Positions 1 through 10,214 of a stretch of DNA of 64,000 nt are shown one piece after another; position 1 is the stretch's first letter, and each line of letters begins with the position of its first letter. Source of the stretch: Bacteroidota bacterium (lineage in GTDB: Bacteria > Bacteroidota > Bacteroidia > Chitinophagales > UBA10324); the NCBI GenBank assembly GCA_018267315.1, contig JAFDYS010000050.1, positions 123 through 64,122 on the forward strand, given 5' to 3'. The notes below the pieces were generated by a model. The model was not told the origin of the DNA. It saw only the letters and a list, made by a program, of their open reading frames with translations, and did not search any database. The position numbers were made by a program, and so were the translations under genes.

Positions 1-1
1 T

Positions 2-1915
2 CCGGGGTCCCTTTTAAAAACAATTGACTCTCCAGCCGATCTTAAGAAATTACCGAGGGAAAAACTGCACCAGGTTTGTGATGAATTACGCCAATATATC
101 ATCGACGTGGTAAGTGTATATGGAGGTCATTTCGGCGCCAGCCTTGGTGTTGTGGAATTGACGACAGCCCTCCATTATGTTTATAATACCCCTTATGATC
201 AATTAGTTTGGGACGTGGGCCACCAGGCTTACGGACATAAGATACTTACCGGGCGAAGGGACAATTTTATTTCAAATCGTAAATATAAAGGGATAAGCGG
301 CTTCCCAAAAAGAAGCGAAAGCGAATATGATACGTTTGGAGTGGGACATTCATCCACCTCCATTTCGGCAGCATTGGGCATGGCAATGGCAGCCAAATAC
401 AAAGGTGAAACCGACCGGAGAGTTGTTGCAATTATCGGGGATGGCGCCATGACTGCAGGACTTGCTTTTGAAGGAATGAATCATGCCGGTGTAGCGGATA
501 CCGATCTGCTGATCATTTTGAATGATAACCGCATGGGCATCGACCCCAATGTTGGTGCTTTAAAAGAATACCTGACCGATATTACCATCTCTCCTACTTA
601 TAATAAAGTAAAAGACGATGTCTGGAAGCTATTAGGAAAATTGCCCGTAGGAAAACATTTTACCCGTGCGATGGCGCATAAGTTAGTCGAAGGAATGAAA
701 GGAATGGTGAGCAGCAGTGCTAATTTATTTGAAGCATTGAAGCTTCGTTATTTTGGACCAATTGATGGGCATAATGTTGCCAAACTGGTAGATACATTAA
801 AAGACCTTCGTGAAATTCCTGGTCCTAAGATCCTGCACATTATTACTACAAAAGGAAAGGGATACGCCCTGGCAGAAAAAGATCAGACCAAGTGGCATGC
901 GCCGGGTTTGTTTGATAAAGTGACCGGTGAGATTTTCAAGAAAACACCTGACAAGCCTATGCCGCCTAAGTATCAGGATGTGTTTGGTCATACGATGGTT
1001 GAACTGGCTGAAAACAATCCGAAGATCGTCGGCATTACTCCGGCCATGCCTTCCGGTTCTTCACTCAACATCATGATGAAAGCCATGCCTGACCGGGCTT
1101 TCGATGTCGGCATTGCTGAACAGCATGCGGTTACATTTTCGGCCGGACTTGCTACGCAGGGTCTTGTTCCGTTCTGCAACATCTATTCATCATTTCTACA
1201 GCGGGCCTATGACCAGGTGATTCATGACGTGGCGCTGCAAAAACTGCCCGTCGTCTTTTGCCTCGATCGTGGCGGTCTGGTGGGTGAAGACGGCGCCACG
1301 CATCAGGGAGAATTTGATCTGGCCTACCTGCGCGTCATTCCCAACATGATTGTGAGTGCGCCCATGAATGAAGAAGAACTGCGTAATCTCATGTACACGG
1401 CGCAACTGGAAAAAACAAGAGCTCCGTTTGCTATCCGCTACCCGCGTGGCGAAGGCGTGATGCCTGACTGGAGAAAGCCGCTGCGCGAAATCGGAATCGG
1501 GAAAGGAAGAATGATCTGCGACGGTCAGGATATTGCTATTCTCTCCATTGGGCACCCCGGTAATTTTGTGACCGAAGCCATGAAGGATTTACGGACTCTC
1601 GAGATTTTCCCCGCGCACTTTGATATGCGGTTTGTTAAACCACTTGATGAGGAACTGCTCCATGAAGTGTTTACACGATTCAGCAGGATCATTACGGTGG
1701 AAGACGGCGTGATCCAGGGAGGTTTTGGAAGCGCCATTCTGGAATTCATGAGCGATCATGGCTATGATGCTGAAGTGAAACGACTTGGCATCCCCGATAA
1801 GTTTATTGAACACGGCTCACCAAGGGAACTCTATCACGAGTGCCGGTTTGATGATGAATCTATTTTTGAAACGGTGAAGGAAATGATTTCTTCCAGGGTG
1901 ACAGTGCATCACTGA
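2..1915 (+). CDS. dxs: 1-deoxy-D-xylulose-5-phosphate synthase, 5' end outside window
   Basis: Translation has DXS hallmarks (GGHFGASLGVVELTTALH, GDGAMTAGLAFEGMNHAG, AEQHAVTFSAGLA). The frame of ORF 107..1915 stays open back to nt 2 (PGSLLKTIDSPADLKKLPREKLHQVCDELRQYII), which matches a DXS N-terminal region, so the true start lies upstream. Confidence 0.95.
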   Translation, partial: PGSLLKTIDSPADLKKLPREKLHQVCDELRQYIIDVVSVYGGHFGASLGVVELTTALHYVYNTPYDQLVWDVGHQAYGHKILTGRRDNFISNRKYKGISGFPKRSESEYDTFGVGHSSTSISAALGMAMAAKYKGETDRRVVAIIGDGAMTAGLAFEGMNHAGVADTDLLIILNDNRMGIDPNVGALKEYLTDITISPTYNKVKDDVWKLLGKLPVGKHFTRAMAHKLVEGMKGMVSSSANLFEALKLRYFGPIDGHNVAKLVDTLKDLREIPGPKILHIITTKGKGYALAEKDQTKWHAPGLFDKVTGEIFKKTPDKPMPPKYQDVFGHTMVELAENNPKIVGITPAMPSGSSLNIMMKAMPDRAFDVGIAEQHAVTFSAGLATQGLVPFCNIYSSFLQRAYDQVIHDVALQKLPVVFCLDRGGLVGEDGATHQGEFDLAYLRVIPNMIVSAPMNEEELRNLMYTAQLEKTRAPFAIRYPRGEGVMPDWRKPLREIGIGKGRMICDGQDIAILSIGHPGNFVTEAMKDLRTLEIFPAHFDMRFVKPLDEELLHEVFTRFSRIITVEDGVIQGGFGSAILEFMSDHGYDAEVKRLGIPDKFIEHGSPRELYHECRFDDESIFETVKEMISSRVTVHH

Positions 1916-1935
1916 TTTCAACTCATTCAAAAACT

Positions 1936-1976
1936 AAAATCGCCGGTGCTGTACCCGGCGATTTTCATTTTTTTTT
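1936..1976. terminator. Bidirectional rho-independent terminator between convergent genes
   Basis: Perfect 11-bp stem AAAATCGCCGG (1936-1946) / CCGGCGATTTT (1955-1965) with an 8-nt loop, followed by CATTTTTTTTT. An A-rich run lies on the other side. Confidence 0.75.
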
Positions 1977-1990
1977 AAAGTTGCTTTGAA

Positions 1991-4063
1991 TTATTGCTTT
2001 ACAATACGAACGGAATAATCCTGCCCTTCCATTTTTACATGCAGCAAATACATGCCGGGCGCGAAGCGGGAAAAGTCAAGCCGCACATCGTTTTCACCGC
2101 TGAGCAAATGATAATTGTATGCTTTGAGTATTCTGCCATACAGGTCGAGTACTTCAAGCAGTGCATCACCATCCGATTCCATATTCATTTGAACCTGCAA
2201 GGCATCACTCACCGGGTTAGGATAGTATTTCACTTCTCCCACCGCTGAGCCGGCATTCATTGCTTCATCCGGTTCATTTAACCTGGCCGCAAACGACGAA
2301 CAGTTACCCATGGTGGTATCATTGGTATTAATCAATTTGCCAAGGAAGGCATCGGTATTTACCGGGCTTGAGGTGTGATAACCCACTACAATTTTATCAG
2401 CTTGTGAAAGCGTGCCCACATTGTCACTCTTCGTGGAGAAGGTGAAATAGATTTCCTTATGAGGACCAAAATCCATGAAAGGGCCATAACTCAGCGCCTG
2501 CTGATTGGTTTCTTCTTTTGACCCGCCGAGGTATGTGGCAAAGCGAAGCGACTGCGAATCCGCAGATGAGTTTACATCCTGCAACGCGGCGATAAACGCA
2601 TCAAACTTGATATTGGAACCGCTTGCATTTCCATTAAGGTATGTCATGATGGGATCTTTCACAGGCAGGTTGGTGCTGTTGGTCAAACCGATAATGAAGA
2701 CCGCTTTATCATTCGGGTCATTAGGATTCTTATACCACAGAATGGCGTTGTCCTGCTCATCTCCTGATCCACCATAGAATGTGCTCCAAACACATTTTCC
2801 GGCGGAATCGAATTTTGTTACAAAAGCATCATTGTATCCGCCTTTGATACGCTGAAAAGCTTTGCTGGAAGAAGGGAAATTATTGCTGGCCGTCCATCCG
2901 GTGATAAACACATTTCCGGCATCGTCAATAGCCAACCCGCGGCCACGATCGGTGCTTTTGCCTGCAATGTATGATCCCCATACTGGAGTATAGGTAACCA
3001 CCCCGTTAGTTCCAACACCATAAGCCCACTTACCAATAAAGGCATCGGTACCACCCTTGTAATTGGGTTGACAAGTGCCCGTGGTCGCAATTCCGCCGGT
3101 ACTCTCAGTGGTTCCTGACAGGTAGATATTCCGATTATTATCCATCACCACTGAGTGGCAACGATCCTGCCCTTTGGGAGAAGCGGTATCGGTATTATTT
3201 ACGTCATAATAAGTGAAGAACTTCATGGTAGATAAACAAGGATCCAGAACAGCTATGTATCCGTCACCTTTATTGTTGTATTTATTGTCGTAGGTATTGA
3301 TGGCTCCGGTTCCGATATTGAGACTTTCAGTAAATCCGGTAGCAATCACATCGTGAGATACGGGATCAATGGTCAGTGATAAAACCTGATCAAGTGATGC
3401 CTGCGTATTATTCCGGTTGCCGCCCAGCAGAGTCCATCTCAGCATCGTTCCTGAATCATCATATTTGGCAATCCATCCTTCCCATTCATCACGGCGCTCG
3501 GTTTGCCATGGACCCTGAGCGCATTCACCATAATCACAGGCGAAGGCGTCATAAATGGAATCCTGATTAGGGAGCAGTTTGGAATCGCCGCCGACATAGA
3601 TGTAGGTTTTTCCCGCTACGCTGTCGTGATCCAATGTAATGCAGTATCCATAATCACTGCCTTGCGGGTTACCCAGCATCCGGAACCACTGGATGGCGCC
3701 ACAAGCGCCATTGCTGTCCACGGAATATTTGGCGACGAATGCATCAGCGGCGCCATAATTTACCACATTGGTATCGCACAGGGTATCTGTAAAAACACCG
3801 AAGCTTTTTGTTCTGCCCACTACATAAATTGATTCCGGAGTTGTGTTTCTGTCAATCACCACCCCATCAATCAGTTCTTCATCGGTGAAACCGGTGGAAG
3901 CATTCAGGTCATCATCAATGTAAGTGCCCCAGTCAAAATTGTTGTATTGAGCTTTAACTGGGTTCACATTGGCTCCCGCGATAAAAATTGAAAGAAGCAC
4001 TAAAATCCGTAAAGTGAAACTTGATTTCAGGAAACGGGAAATGAATTCGTTGAATTTTGTCAT
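1991..4063 (-). CDS. Secreted SBBP-type beta-propeller repeat protein with T9SS C-terminal sorting domain
   Basis: N-terminal signal peptide (LRILVLLSIFIAGANVNPVKAQ). Recurrent DAF[VIL]xK[YWFL] repeat ends (DAFVAKY, DAFIGKW, DAFVTKF, DAFIAAL, DAFLGKL) typical of SBBP repeats. C-terminus YYPNPVSDALQVQM...GMYLLHVKMEGQDYSVRIVKQ is typical of the Por secretion tail. Confidence 0.8.
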   Translation of the reverse strand: MTKFNEFISRFLKSSFTLRILVLLSIFIAGANVNPVKAQYNNFDWGTYIDDDLNASTGFTDEELIDGVVIDRNTTPESIYVVGRTKSFGVFTDTLCDTNVVNYGAADAFVAKYSVDSNGACGAIQWFRMLGNPQGSDYGYCITLDHDSVAGKTYIYVGGDSKLLPNQDSIYDAFACDYGECAQGPWQTERRDEWEGWIAKYDDSGTMLRWTLLGGNRNNTQASLDQVLSLTIDPVSHDVIATGFTESLNIGTGAINTYDNKYNNKGDGYIAVLDPCLSTMKFFTYYDVNNTDTASPKGQDRCHSVVMDNNRNIYLSGTTESTGGIATTGTCQPNYKGGTDAFIGKWAYGVGTNGVVTYTPVWGSYIAGKSTDRGRGLAIDDAGNVFITGWTASNNFPSSSKAFQRIKGGYNDAFVTKFDSAGKCVWSTFYGGSGDEQDNAILWYKNPNDPNDKAVFIIGLTNSTNLPVKDPIMTYLNGNASGSNIKFDAFIAALQDVNSSADSQSLRFATYLGGSKEETNQQALSYGPFMDFGPHKEIYFTFSTKSDNVGTLSQADKIVVGYHTSSPVNTDAFLGKLINTNDTTMGNCSSFAARLNEPDEAMNAGSAVGEVKYYPNPVSDALQVQMNMESDGDALLEVLDLYGRILKAYNYHLLSGENDVRLDFSRFAPGMYLLHVKMEGQDYSVRIVKQ

Positions 4064-4209
4064 GGATTGGTTGTTAGAATCTTATTGAATAAAATTGAAA
4101 TCATATTGAATTTCAAATATGGGGCAATAGGTATCAACCTATATGCTGCCCTCCAAATATCAATTCACTAATATTACAAACTTCAAGCGGACAAAAGTAA
4201 TTATTTCAC

Positions 4210-4905
4210 ATGACGGCACCAACCGGAACCGGCATTCTCCACGTAGTTCCCACACCTATTGGTAACCTCGATGATATCACTTTGCGTGCAGTTAAATGCC
4301 TAAGGGAAGCTGATGTTATACTTGCTGAAGATACGCGTCATTCTTTAATTCTTTTAAAATATCTGGGAATAGAAAAGAAATTACAGGCCTACCACCAGCA
4401 CAACGAACATCAATTGACGATGGCTTTCATAAGCCGATTAAAATCAGGTGAAAAGTTGGCCCTCATCAGTGATGCCGGCACGCCGGGAATCAGTGATGCG
4501 GGCTTTTTGCTGGTTCGTGAATGCATCCGTAATCAGATTGCGGTGCAATGCCTGCCGGGCGCCACCGCATTTGTGCCCGCGCTGATCGTTTCAGGTTTTC
4601 CCACCAATGAATTTTTATTTGCGGGTTTTCTTCCCCAGAAAAAAGGAAGACAGAAAAAAATATCGGAGTTGCTCCGGGAAAAAAGGCCGGTAATACTATA
4701 TGAATCACCGAACCGTTTGATCAAACTGCTGGAAGAAATTATAACGATATCCGGAGAAAGCAGACTGGTAAGTGTCTCCCGCGAGCTCACAAAGATTCAT
4801 GAAGAAACTGTAAGAGGAACTGTCGCGGAACTGATCCTGCATTTCCGGTCGTCCGGTGTGAAAGGTGAAATTGTGGTTGTAATAAACCCGGCCAATGTGG
4901 ATTAG
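4210..4905 (+). CDS. rsmI: 16S rRNA (cytidine1402-2'-O)-methyltransferase
   Basis: LHVVPTPIGNLDDITLRAVKCLREADVILAEDTRHS and ISDAGTPGISDAGFLLV are typical RsmI motifs. Length is 231 aa. Confidence 0.9.
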   Translation: MTAPTGTGILHVVPTPIGNLDDITLRAVKCLREADVILAEDTRHSLILLKYLGIEKKLQAYHQHNEHQLTMAFISRLKSGEKLALISDAGTPGISDAGFLLVRECIRNQIAVQCLPGATAFVPALIVSGFPTNEFLFAGFLPQKKGRQKKISELLREKRPVILYESPNRLIKLLEEIITISGESRLVSVSRELTKIHEETVRGTVAELILHFRSSGVKGEIVVVINPANVD

Positions 4906-4923
4906 AAATATCTTTCCGCCCGC

Positions 4924-6564
4924 ATGACGCGATCACAAAAGCTGCTGCTGTCTTTTTCTGCCGGCGTATTGCTTTCACTGGGATGGCCGCCCCTCCCTCT
5001 ATTCCCTTTGCTATTTGCCGGCTTTGTACCCATTCTCTGGCTTGAAGATGCTGCGTACAGAAACCAACTCTCATCAAAAGCTTTTTTCGGTTACAGCTAT
5101 CTCGCTTTGCTTATCTGGAACCTGATCACCACCTGGTGGGTGGGCGCCACTTATTTCGGCACGCATGATATTTCAACAGCCATTGCAGGGCTTATCGCCA
5201 ATACCGCGAACCCGCTGCTCATGTCCATTCCACTTGTCGGATTTCACCGAACCCGCATGCGCTTTGGCAACATGATCGGCTACCTATCCCTGCCGGCATA
5301 CTGGATCACGTTTGAATTCATCCACCTGCGCTGGGATCTTTCATGGCCGTGGCTCACACTGGGAAACGGTTTGGCGGCATTTCCAAAATTCATTCAATGG
5401 TATGAATATACCGGTGCGCTGGGCGGAACTCTTTGGATACTGGTGGTCAATATCTTCCTGTACCGACTGCTTTTCATTTTTCTCTCAGGCAGAATTTATC
5501 AGAACTACCGCCGGATTTTGCTGGTTGCCATATTGACCATGGTGGTACCAGTGATTCTCTCACTCGGAATGTATTACTCTTACAAGGAAACGGGAAAGGC
5601 GGAAAAGGTTGTGGTAGTGCAGCCCAATATTGATCCATACAGCACTAAGTTCGATCCGTCCACGCTGCAATTGCAAATGCAAACCCTCATCCGGCTTTCA
5701 AAAGAGAAAGTGGATAGTACGACCGACTATCTGGTGTTCCCTGAAACCGCATTGCCTGATGGCATCATGATCAGTGAGCTTCACACCAATCCGTTCATTA
5801 AAGAACTTCAGCACTTTCGGGTTGCTTATCCCAAACTGAAAATTGTGACCGGCATCAGTTCATATGCCATCTATCAATCAGCGGAAACACCCACCGCACG
5901 TAAATCACAGGACGGCACTTACTACTGGGATGCTTTCAATTCAGCCATTCAGCTTGACTCAACGGGCAACATTCCTATTTATCACAAATCAAAACTGGTA
6001 CCCGGTGTAGAGAAGATGCCTTATCCTAAAATCTTCGGTTTCCTTGAATCACTGGCGCTTAACATGGGAGGCACGGCAGGAAGTTTGGGTTCGCAGCCGC
6101 ATCGCAGCGTATTCTTCTCGGGTAGTTCTGCTGATTCAACAGGCGCAGCGGCGCTTATTTGCTATGAATCTATTTACGGCGAATACTCCAATGAGTATGT
6201 GAACCGCGGCGCCGGATTGCTCTTTGTGATCACCAATGATGGCTGGTGGGGAAACACGGCCGGTTACAAACAGCATCTCATTTACGGAACCCTGCGCGCG
6301 ATTGAAACTAGAAGGGATGTGGCGCAGTCAGCCAATACCGGCACATCGGCCTTCATCAATCAGCGCGGCGACATTTCTGACAAAACACCGTGGTGGCAGC
6401 CGGCCGTGATCAGCAAAACGCTCTATGCAAATCATGCGATCACATTTTATGTGAAGTTTGGGGACCTGATTGGCAGATTATGTAACATGGTCACTGTATT
6501 GCTCACAGCGTTTTCCATTTACTCAAGAATCGCAGAGAGATTTAAACTGAAGAAATCATTGTAG
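4924..6564 (+). CDS. lnt: Apolipoprotein N-acyltransferase
   Basis: Multi-TM N-terminal half followed by a nitrilase-like domain with FPETAL, CYESIYGEY and NDGWWGNTAGYKQH motifs. Confidence 0.85.
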   Translation: MTRSQKLLLSFSAGVLLSLGWPPLPLFPLLFAGFVPILWLEDAAYRNQLSSKAFFGYSYLALLIWNLITTWWVGATYFGTHDISTAIAGLIANTANPLLMSIPLVGFHRTRMRFGNMIGYLSLPAYWITFEFIHLRWDLSWPWLTLGNGLAAFPKFIQWYEYTGALGGTLWILVVNIFLYRLLFIFLSGRIYQNYRRILLVAILTMVVPVILSLGMYYSYKETGKAEKVVVVQPNIDPYSTKFDPSTLQLQMQTLIRLSKEKVDSTTDYLVFPETALPDGIMISELHTNPFIKELQHFRVAYPKLKIVTGISSYAIYQSAETPTARKSQDGTYYWDAFNSAIQLDSTGNIPIYHKSKLVPGVEKMPYPKIFGFLESLALNMGGTAGSLGSQPHRSVFFSGSSADSTGAAALICYESIYGEYSNEYVNRGAGLLFVITNDGWWGNTAGYKQHLIYGTLRAIETRRDVAQSANTGTSAFINQRGDISDKTPWWQPAVISKTLYANHAITFYVKFGDLIGRLCNMVTVLLTAFSIYSRIAERFKLKKSL

Positions 6565-6565
6565 C

Positions 6566-7357
6566 ATGAACCTGGAAAATCTATGTGCAGCTGCCTGCGA
6601 GGTGGCGCGGGCTGCCGGCCATTTTATTGGAGAAGAAAGAAAGAAGTTTGACCTGAATGAAGTGGTGAACAAAGGCCAGCGGGATCTCGTCTCTTACGTT
6701 GATCTGCAATCAGAAAAAATCATTGTGGACGGATTGAGAAACCTACTACCCGGGGCCGGCTTTCTCACTGAAGAAAAAACCGTTGACAACGAAGAGAACG
6801 CCTCACTGCGGTGGATTATTGATCCGCTGGATGGCACCACCAATTTCATCCATGGCGTGCCGGCATACTCGGCAAGTATTGCCTTGCAAAAAGACGGTGA
6901 ACTGGTGATCGGGATAGTTTATGAAGTGAATCTCGGCGAGTGTTTTTATGCCTGGAAAAACGGCGGCGCCTATTGCAACGGAAAAAAGATATCCGTCACG
7001 AAAACGGAACACCTCAAAAACGCACTTACGGCCACCGGTTTTCCTTACCGGGAATTTCCGCAGATGCCGCGCTTCTTCGCCACCCTGAAATACCTCTTCA
7101 ACAACAGCCACGGGGTACGTCGCCTTGGCTCAGCTGCGGTAGATTTGGTTTACGTCGCCTGCGGCCGGTTTGACGGATTTTTTGAATACAACCTCAATGC
7201 GTGGGATGTGGCCGGCGGTGCACTTATTGTGCAGGAAGCGGGCGGCACTGTAACGGATTTCAAAGGAGGCAATGATTTCCTTTTTGGAAAAGAAATCATT
7301 GCCTCGAATACGCACCTCCACCGCGAATTCACTCAAGTGGTTGTTGATCCGGAATAA
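6566..7357 (+). CDS. Inositol monophosphatase family protein (SuhB-like)
   Basis: WIIDPLDGTTNFIHG and WDVAGGALIVQEAGG motifs. The start lies 2 nt after the lnt stop. Confidence 0.85.
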   Translation: MNLENLCAAACEVARAAGHFIGEERKKFDLNEVVNKGQRDLVSYVDLQSEKIIVDGLRNLLPGAGFLTEEKTVDNEENASLRWIIDPLDGTTNFIHGVPAYSASIALQKDGELVIGIVYEVNLGECFYAWKNGGAYCNGKKISVTKTEHLKNALTATGFPYREFPQMPRFFATLKYLFNNSHGVRRLGSAAVDLVYVACGRFDGFFEYNLNAWDVAGGALIVQEAGGTVTDFKGGNDFLFGKEIIASNTHLHREFTQVVVDPE

Positions 7358-7377
7358 CCGGTCAACCCGGGCTTCCC

Positions 7378-9588
7378 TTAGAACGCTCCCCTCACCCCTA
7401 CAATAAAATTGCGGCCGGGGGCACTGATGCCGGAAGCAAACACCCGGTAATTCTGATCCAAAATATTTTCACAGGCGGCTTGTACCATCAGGTTCTTCGT
7501 GATGGCATACTGAAGCCGCAGATTGAGCGTCCACCATGATGGCATGCCTTCCGGAGTTGCATATTGTTCATTGTCTTCCCCGTTGAGGTAATAGTCCTCG
7601 ATATGTTTCCATCCATTATACATGGCAAAAGCTTCCGCTCTGAATTTTTCATAGTTGTATATGATTGATGTTTTACCGATCACCGGTGGAATGTGATCGA
7701 GCGGTGCATTGCCTGTATCGTTTACAATCCGCCCGTAGGTGTACGTAATCGTGCTGGTCAGAGAGAGGTGATCAGTGAAGTCAACGAAAAGGTTTCCGTT
7801 CACACCATATAAAAATGCTTTGCCCTTGTTTTGATTGGCCATCACGGCGCTCATCTCACCATCATATTCGATTGAATCTTCTCCGTTGTAAGTGAAATAG
7901 TCCGTTACGATGGCATCGCGGAACACCGTGTAGAAACCCACGGCTTCGATCTTCACTTTGTTACCGAAAATCTTGCTAATGCTCAGGTCGGCATTGTACG
8001 TTTTCTCGGGTTTCAGATCGGGATTGGGAACGATGAGGGTGCCCGGCGCCGATTCAAAAACCTTGGCGAGATCATCCACATTCGGTGCGCGGAAACCGGT
8101 AGAACCCAGCAGCGACACACGCAGGTTCTTTTCACCATTCCAGATGATACCCAGTGATCCGCTGACGGGGGTGTTGCTTTGATCCACTTCATCATAAGGG
8201 AAATCAAAAAATTCTTTGTTCACAAAAGTGGAATGCAGCGAAATGTACTGAAACCGCAATCCTGCATTGAGCACCCATTGGTCACTGATGTTGTACGCAT
8301 CCGTTGCATAAATGCCGAAGTAATTCATGGTGTTGTCGCCATCCGGATACCGGGTATCCAGCGGCGAAACTTCACCCGTATTAATGTCAGTCTGCTCAGC
8401 GGTTGACTTCAGCCAGTTCAACTGCCCGTCTACTCCGAGTCGCAGGTCATTTTTCTCCTTCATGTTACGGGCATGAACATCGAAACCCATCACACTTACC
8501 TGCTCGTTGCGGTTCTGCAATCCCGAACGGTTTACCCGCCGCTGATGACGGCTCTCTTCAATGTATTGATAGTTGATACCTGCATAATATTCGCTGAAGA
8601 AGCCCTCCCGGTTTGTGACTTCGAAGGAATAAGCCGCCAGTGTACGGAGTTGCGGCCCGTAATACCACTCGGCATTGCGAAGGGTAGTATTGGGATCAGG
8701 ATCAGTAAGCCGGTCATACCGCGGCACATCAGAGGAGTTGGAAAGCTGCAGATTCAGCTGATGCTTTGTGCCGGAGCCCGGGCTAAAAAGAAATTTCTGC
8801 AAAATGTCATACTGGTTATAGCCCGATTGCACCTGCTTGTAGATGTTGTCATTCTTCACCAGCGAATCCTTGTCATTAATGCGGGCTATGTAGTACGGAC
8901 GCAGCCAACTACTGTCTGCCGTTTCATTCAGATTCTTGCCCTGAATCAAATCATCGAAAGACGAATAGGAAACGGAAGTCCATGATGCCAGTTTCCCGCC
9001 GCCGATATTAAAATCGAGATGTCCCGTTTTTTCAGACGAGGCGCTTGCATAGCGAAGCAGACCGTTGCCGTGAATGTTTAATTCACCGGCTTGTTCGCTG
9101 AGTTGCGGAGTGCGGGTGTGAAAATGAATAACACCGCCAAGCGCATCACTGCCATAAACGGTGGATGATGGACCAAAGAGCACATCCACGCGCTGCAACA
9201 TGGAAGGATCAAGGGTGACGATGTTTTGAAGGTGACCACTGCGGTAAATGATGTTGTTCATCCGCACGTCATCTATTACCAGCAGCACGCGGCTTGCTTC
9301 AAAGCCGCGAAGCACGGGGCTTCCGCCGCCCAGTTGTGACTTCTGTACCATCACCATTCCTGTTTGTGAAATGAGATCTGCTGCCGATGCCGGATTGGCC
9401 TGCTGAATCTGCCGGGCGTTGGTGGTCTCCGTTTGCTGCGCCACGTCCTTCTTATCCTCTGCCACCTTGTTGGCGGAAATCACTGCTTCGTCCAGCACAA
9501 TGGCGCGGTCTGCGCTGTCAACGGGCAGCGTTTGTGCTTGCCCCAGCTCAAAGGAGAGTATTAATGAAAATATGAAAAACTTTTTCAC
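7378..9588 (-). CDS. TonB-dependent outer-membrane receptor
   Basis: Signal peptide, a plug-domain sequence (GGGSPVLRGFEASRVLLVIDDVRMNN), a long beta-barrel region and a terminal aromatic residue (...VRGAF). Confidence 0.85.
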   Translation of the reverse strand: MKKFFIFSLILSFELGQAQTLPVDSADRAIVLDEAVISANKVAEDKKDVAQQTETTNARQIQQANPASAADLISQTGMVMVQKSQLGGGSPVLRGFEASRVLLVIDDVRMNNIIYRSGHLQNIVTLDPSMLQRVDVLFGPSSTVYGSDALGGVIHFHTRTPQLSEQAGELNIHGNGLLRYASASSEKTGHLDFNIGGGKLASWTSVSYSSFDDLIQGKNLNETADSSWLRPYYIARINDKDSLVKNDNIYKQVQSGYNQYDILQKFLFSPGSGTKHQLNLQLSNSSDVPRYDRLTDPDPNTTLRNAEWYYGPQLRTLAAYSFEVTNREGFFSEYYAGINYQYIEESRHQRRVNRSGLQNRNEQVSVMGFDVHARNMKEKNDLRLGVDGQLNWLKSTAEQTDINTGEVSPLDTRYPDGDNTMNYFGIYATDAYNISDQWVLNAGLRFQYISLHSTFVNKEFFDFPYDEVDQSNTPVSGSLGIIWNGEKNLRVSLLGSTGFRAPNVDDLAKVFESAPGTLIVPNPDLKPEKTYNADLSISKIFGNKVKIEAVGFYTVFRDAIVTDYFTYNGEDSIEYDGEMSAVMANQNKGKAFLYGVNGNLFVDFTDHLSLTSTITYTYGRIVNDTGNAPLDHIPPVIGKTSIIYNYEKFRAEAFAMYNGWKHIEDYYLNGEDNEQYATPEGMPSWWTLNLRLQYAITKNLMVQAACENILDQNYRVFASGISAPGRNFIVGVRGAF

Positions 9589-9659
9589 GATTTAGATTTT
9601 TAAGTTGAATCAATAAATAATTTCTGCATGCATGGGATGCAGGGAATGGAAGAGAAAAC

Positions 9660-10202
9660 TCAGCCGATGAAGTGGTCGGGTGGTGAGAATACTTCAGCTG
9701 AGAACAAAAAAGATTCCGCTGAGAGGTATGGGCTTACAAGCCATATCGAAGCGGGAAATGAAGCATTCAATTTTGTGCAGCCGGAAAAAGATTTCTCGCT
9801 AAAGATTTGAACGAAGACGGCACTGCGATCCGGCTTCTTCTTTGACTCATCATCATCCATCATCTGCGCCAGTTCGGTCACGAGATCGCTTTCTTCGATG
9901 TCAGCATAGGCCTTCACCTCCACTTCACCAATACCCGTACTAACCGAAATCACATCATACATCCGTCCGTTGAGCACAAACTCCCGTTGGTCCAGGCAGC
10001 GTTGATTCCACTCATCAGAAGTGAAATGGAAAATCATTAACCGTGATTCTTCTGTTATGCCCTGCAACCTCGCCTGCATATCGTTCCGCACTTCCATTCG
10101 TGCCAGGTGAAACACGGCCAGGAAACCGACGGAGGCATAGAGCGCTATGCCGAGAGCCGTACTGCTTATGATCCGTGTTTTCATTACGCTAAAGGTCGCC
10201 AT
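9660..10202 (-). CDS. Hypothetical membrane-anchored protein
   Basis: ORF with one N-terminal hydrophobic helix (IISSTALGIALYASVGFLAVF), 12 nt downstream of yicC. No recognisable motif, and the start is uncertain (alternative Met at 10184). Confidence 0.4.
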   Translation of the reverse strand: MATFSVMKTRIISSTALGIALYASVGFLAVFHLARMEVRNDMQARLQGITEESRLMIFHFTSDEWNQRCLDQREFVLNGRMYDVISVSTGIGEVEVKAYADIEESDLVTELAQMMDDDESKKKPDRSAVFVQIFSEKSFSGCTKLNASFPASIWLVSPYLSAESFLFSAEVFSPPDHFIG

Positions 10203-10214
10203 TGAGAACGCTCT

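Noticed and set aside
8473-8985. 170-aa plus-strand ORF, antisense to the TonB-dependent receptor. Similar antisense ORFs occur at 27145..27615, 58837..59319, 39504..39980, 37092..37538, 23889..24335 and 25661..26086.
   Set aside because: All are embedded in, and antisense to, genes with strong family signatures. None shows a motif, signal peptide or sensible start context.
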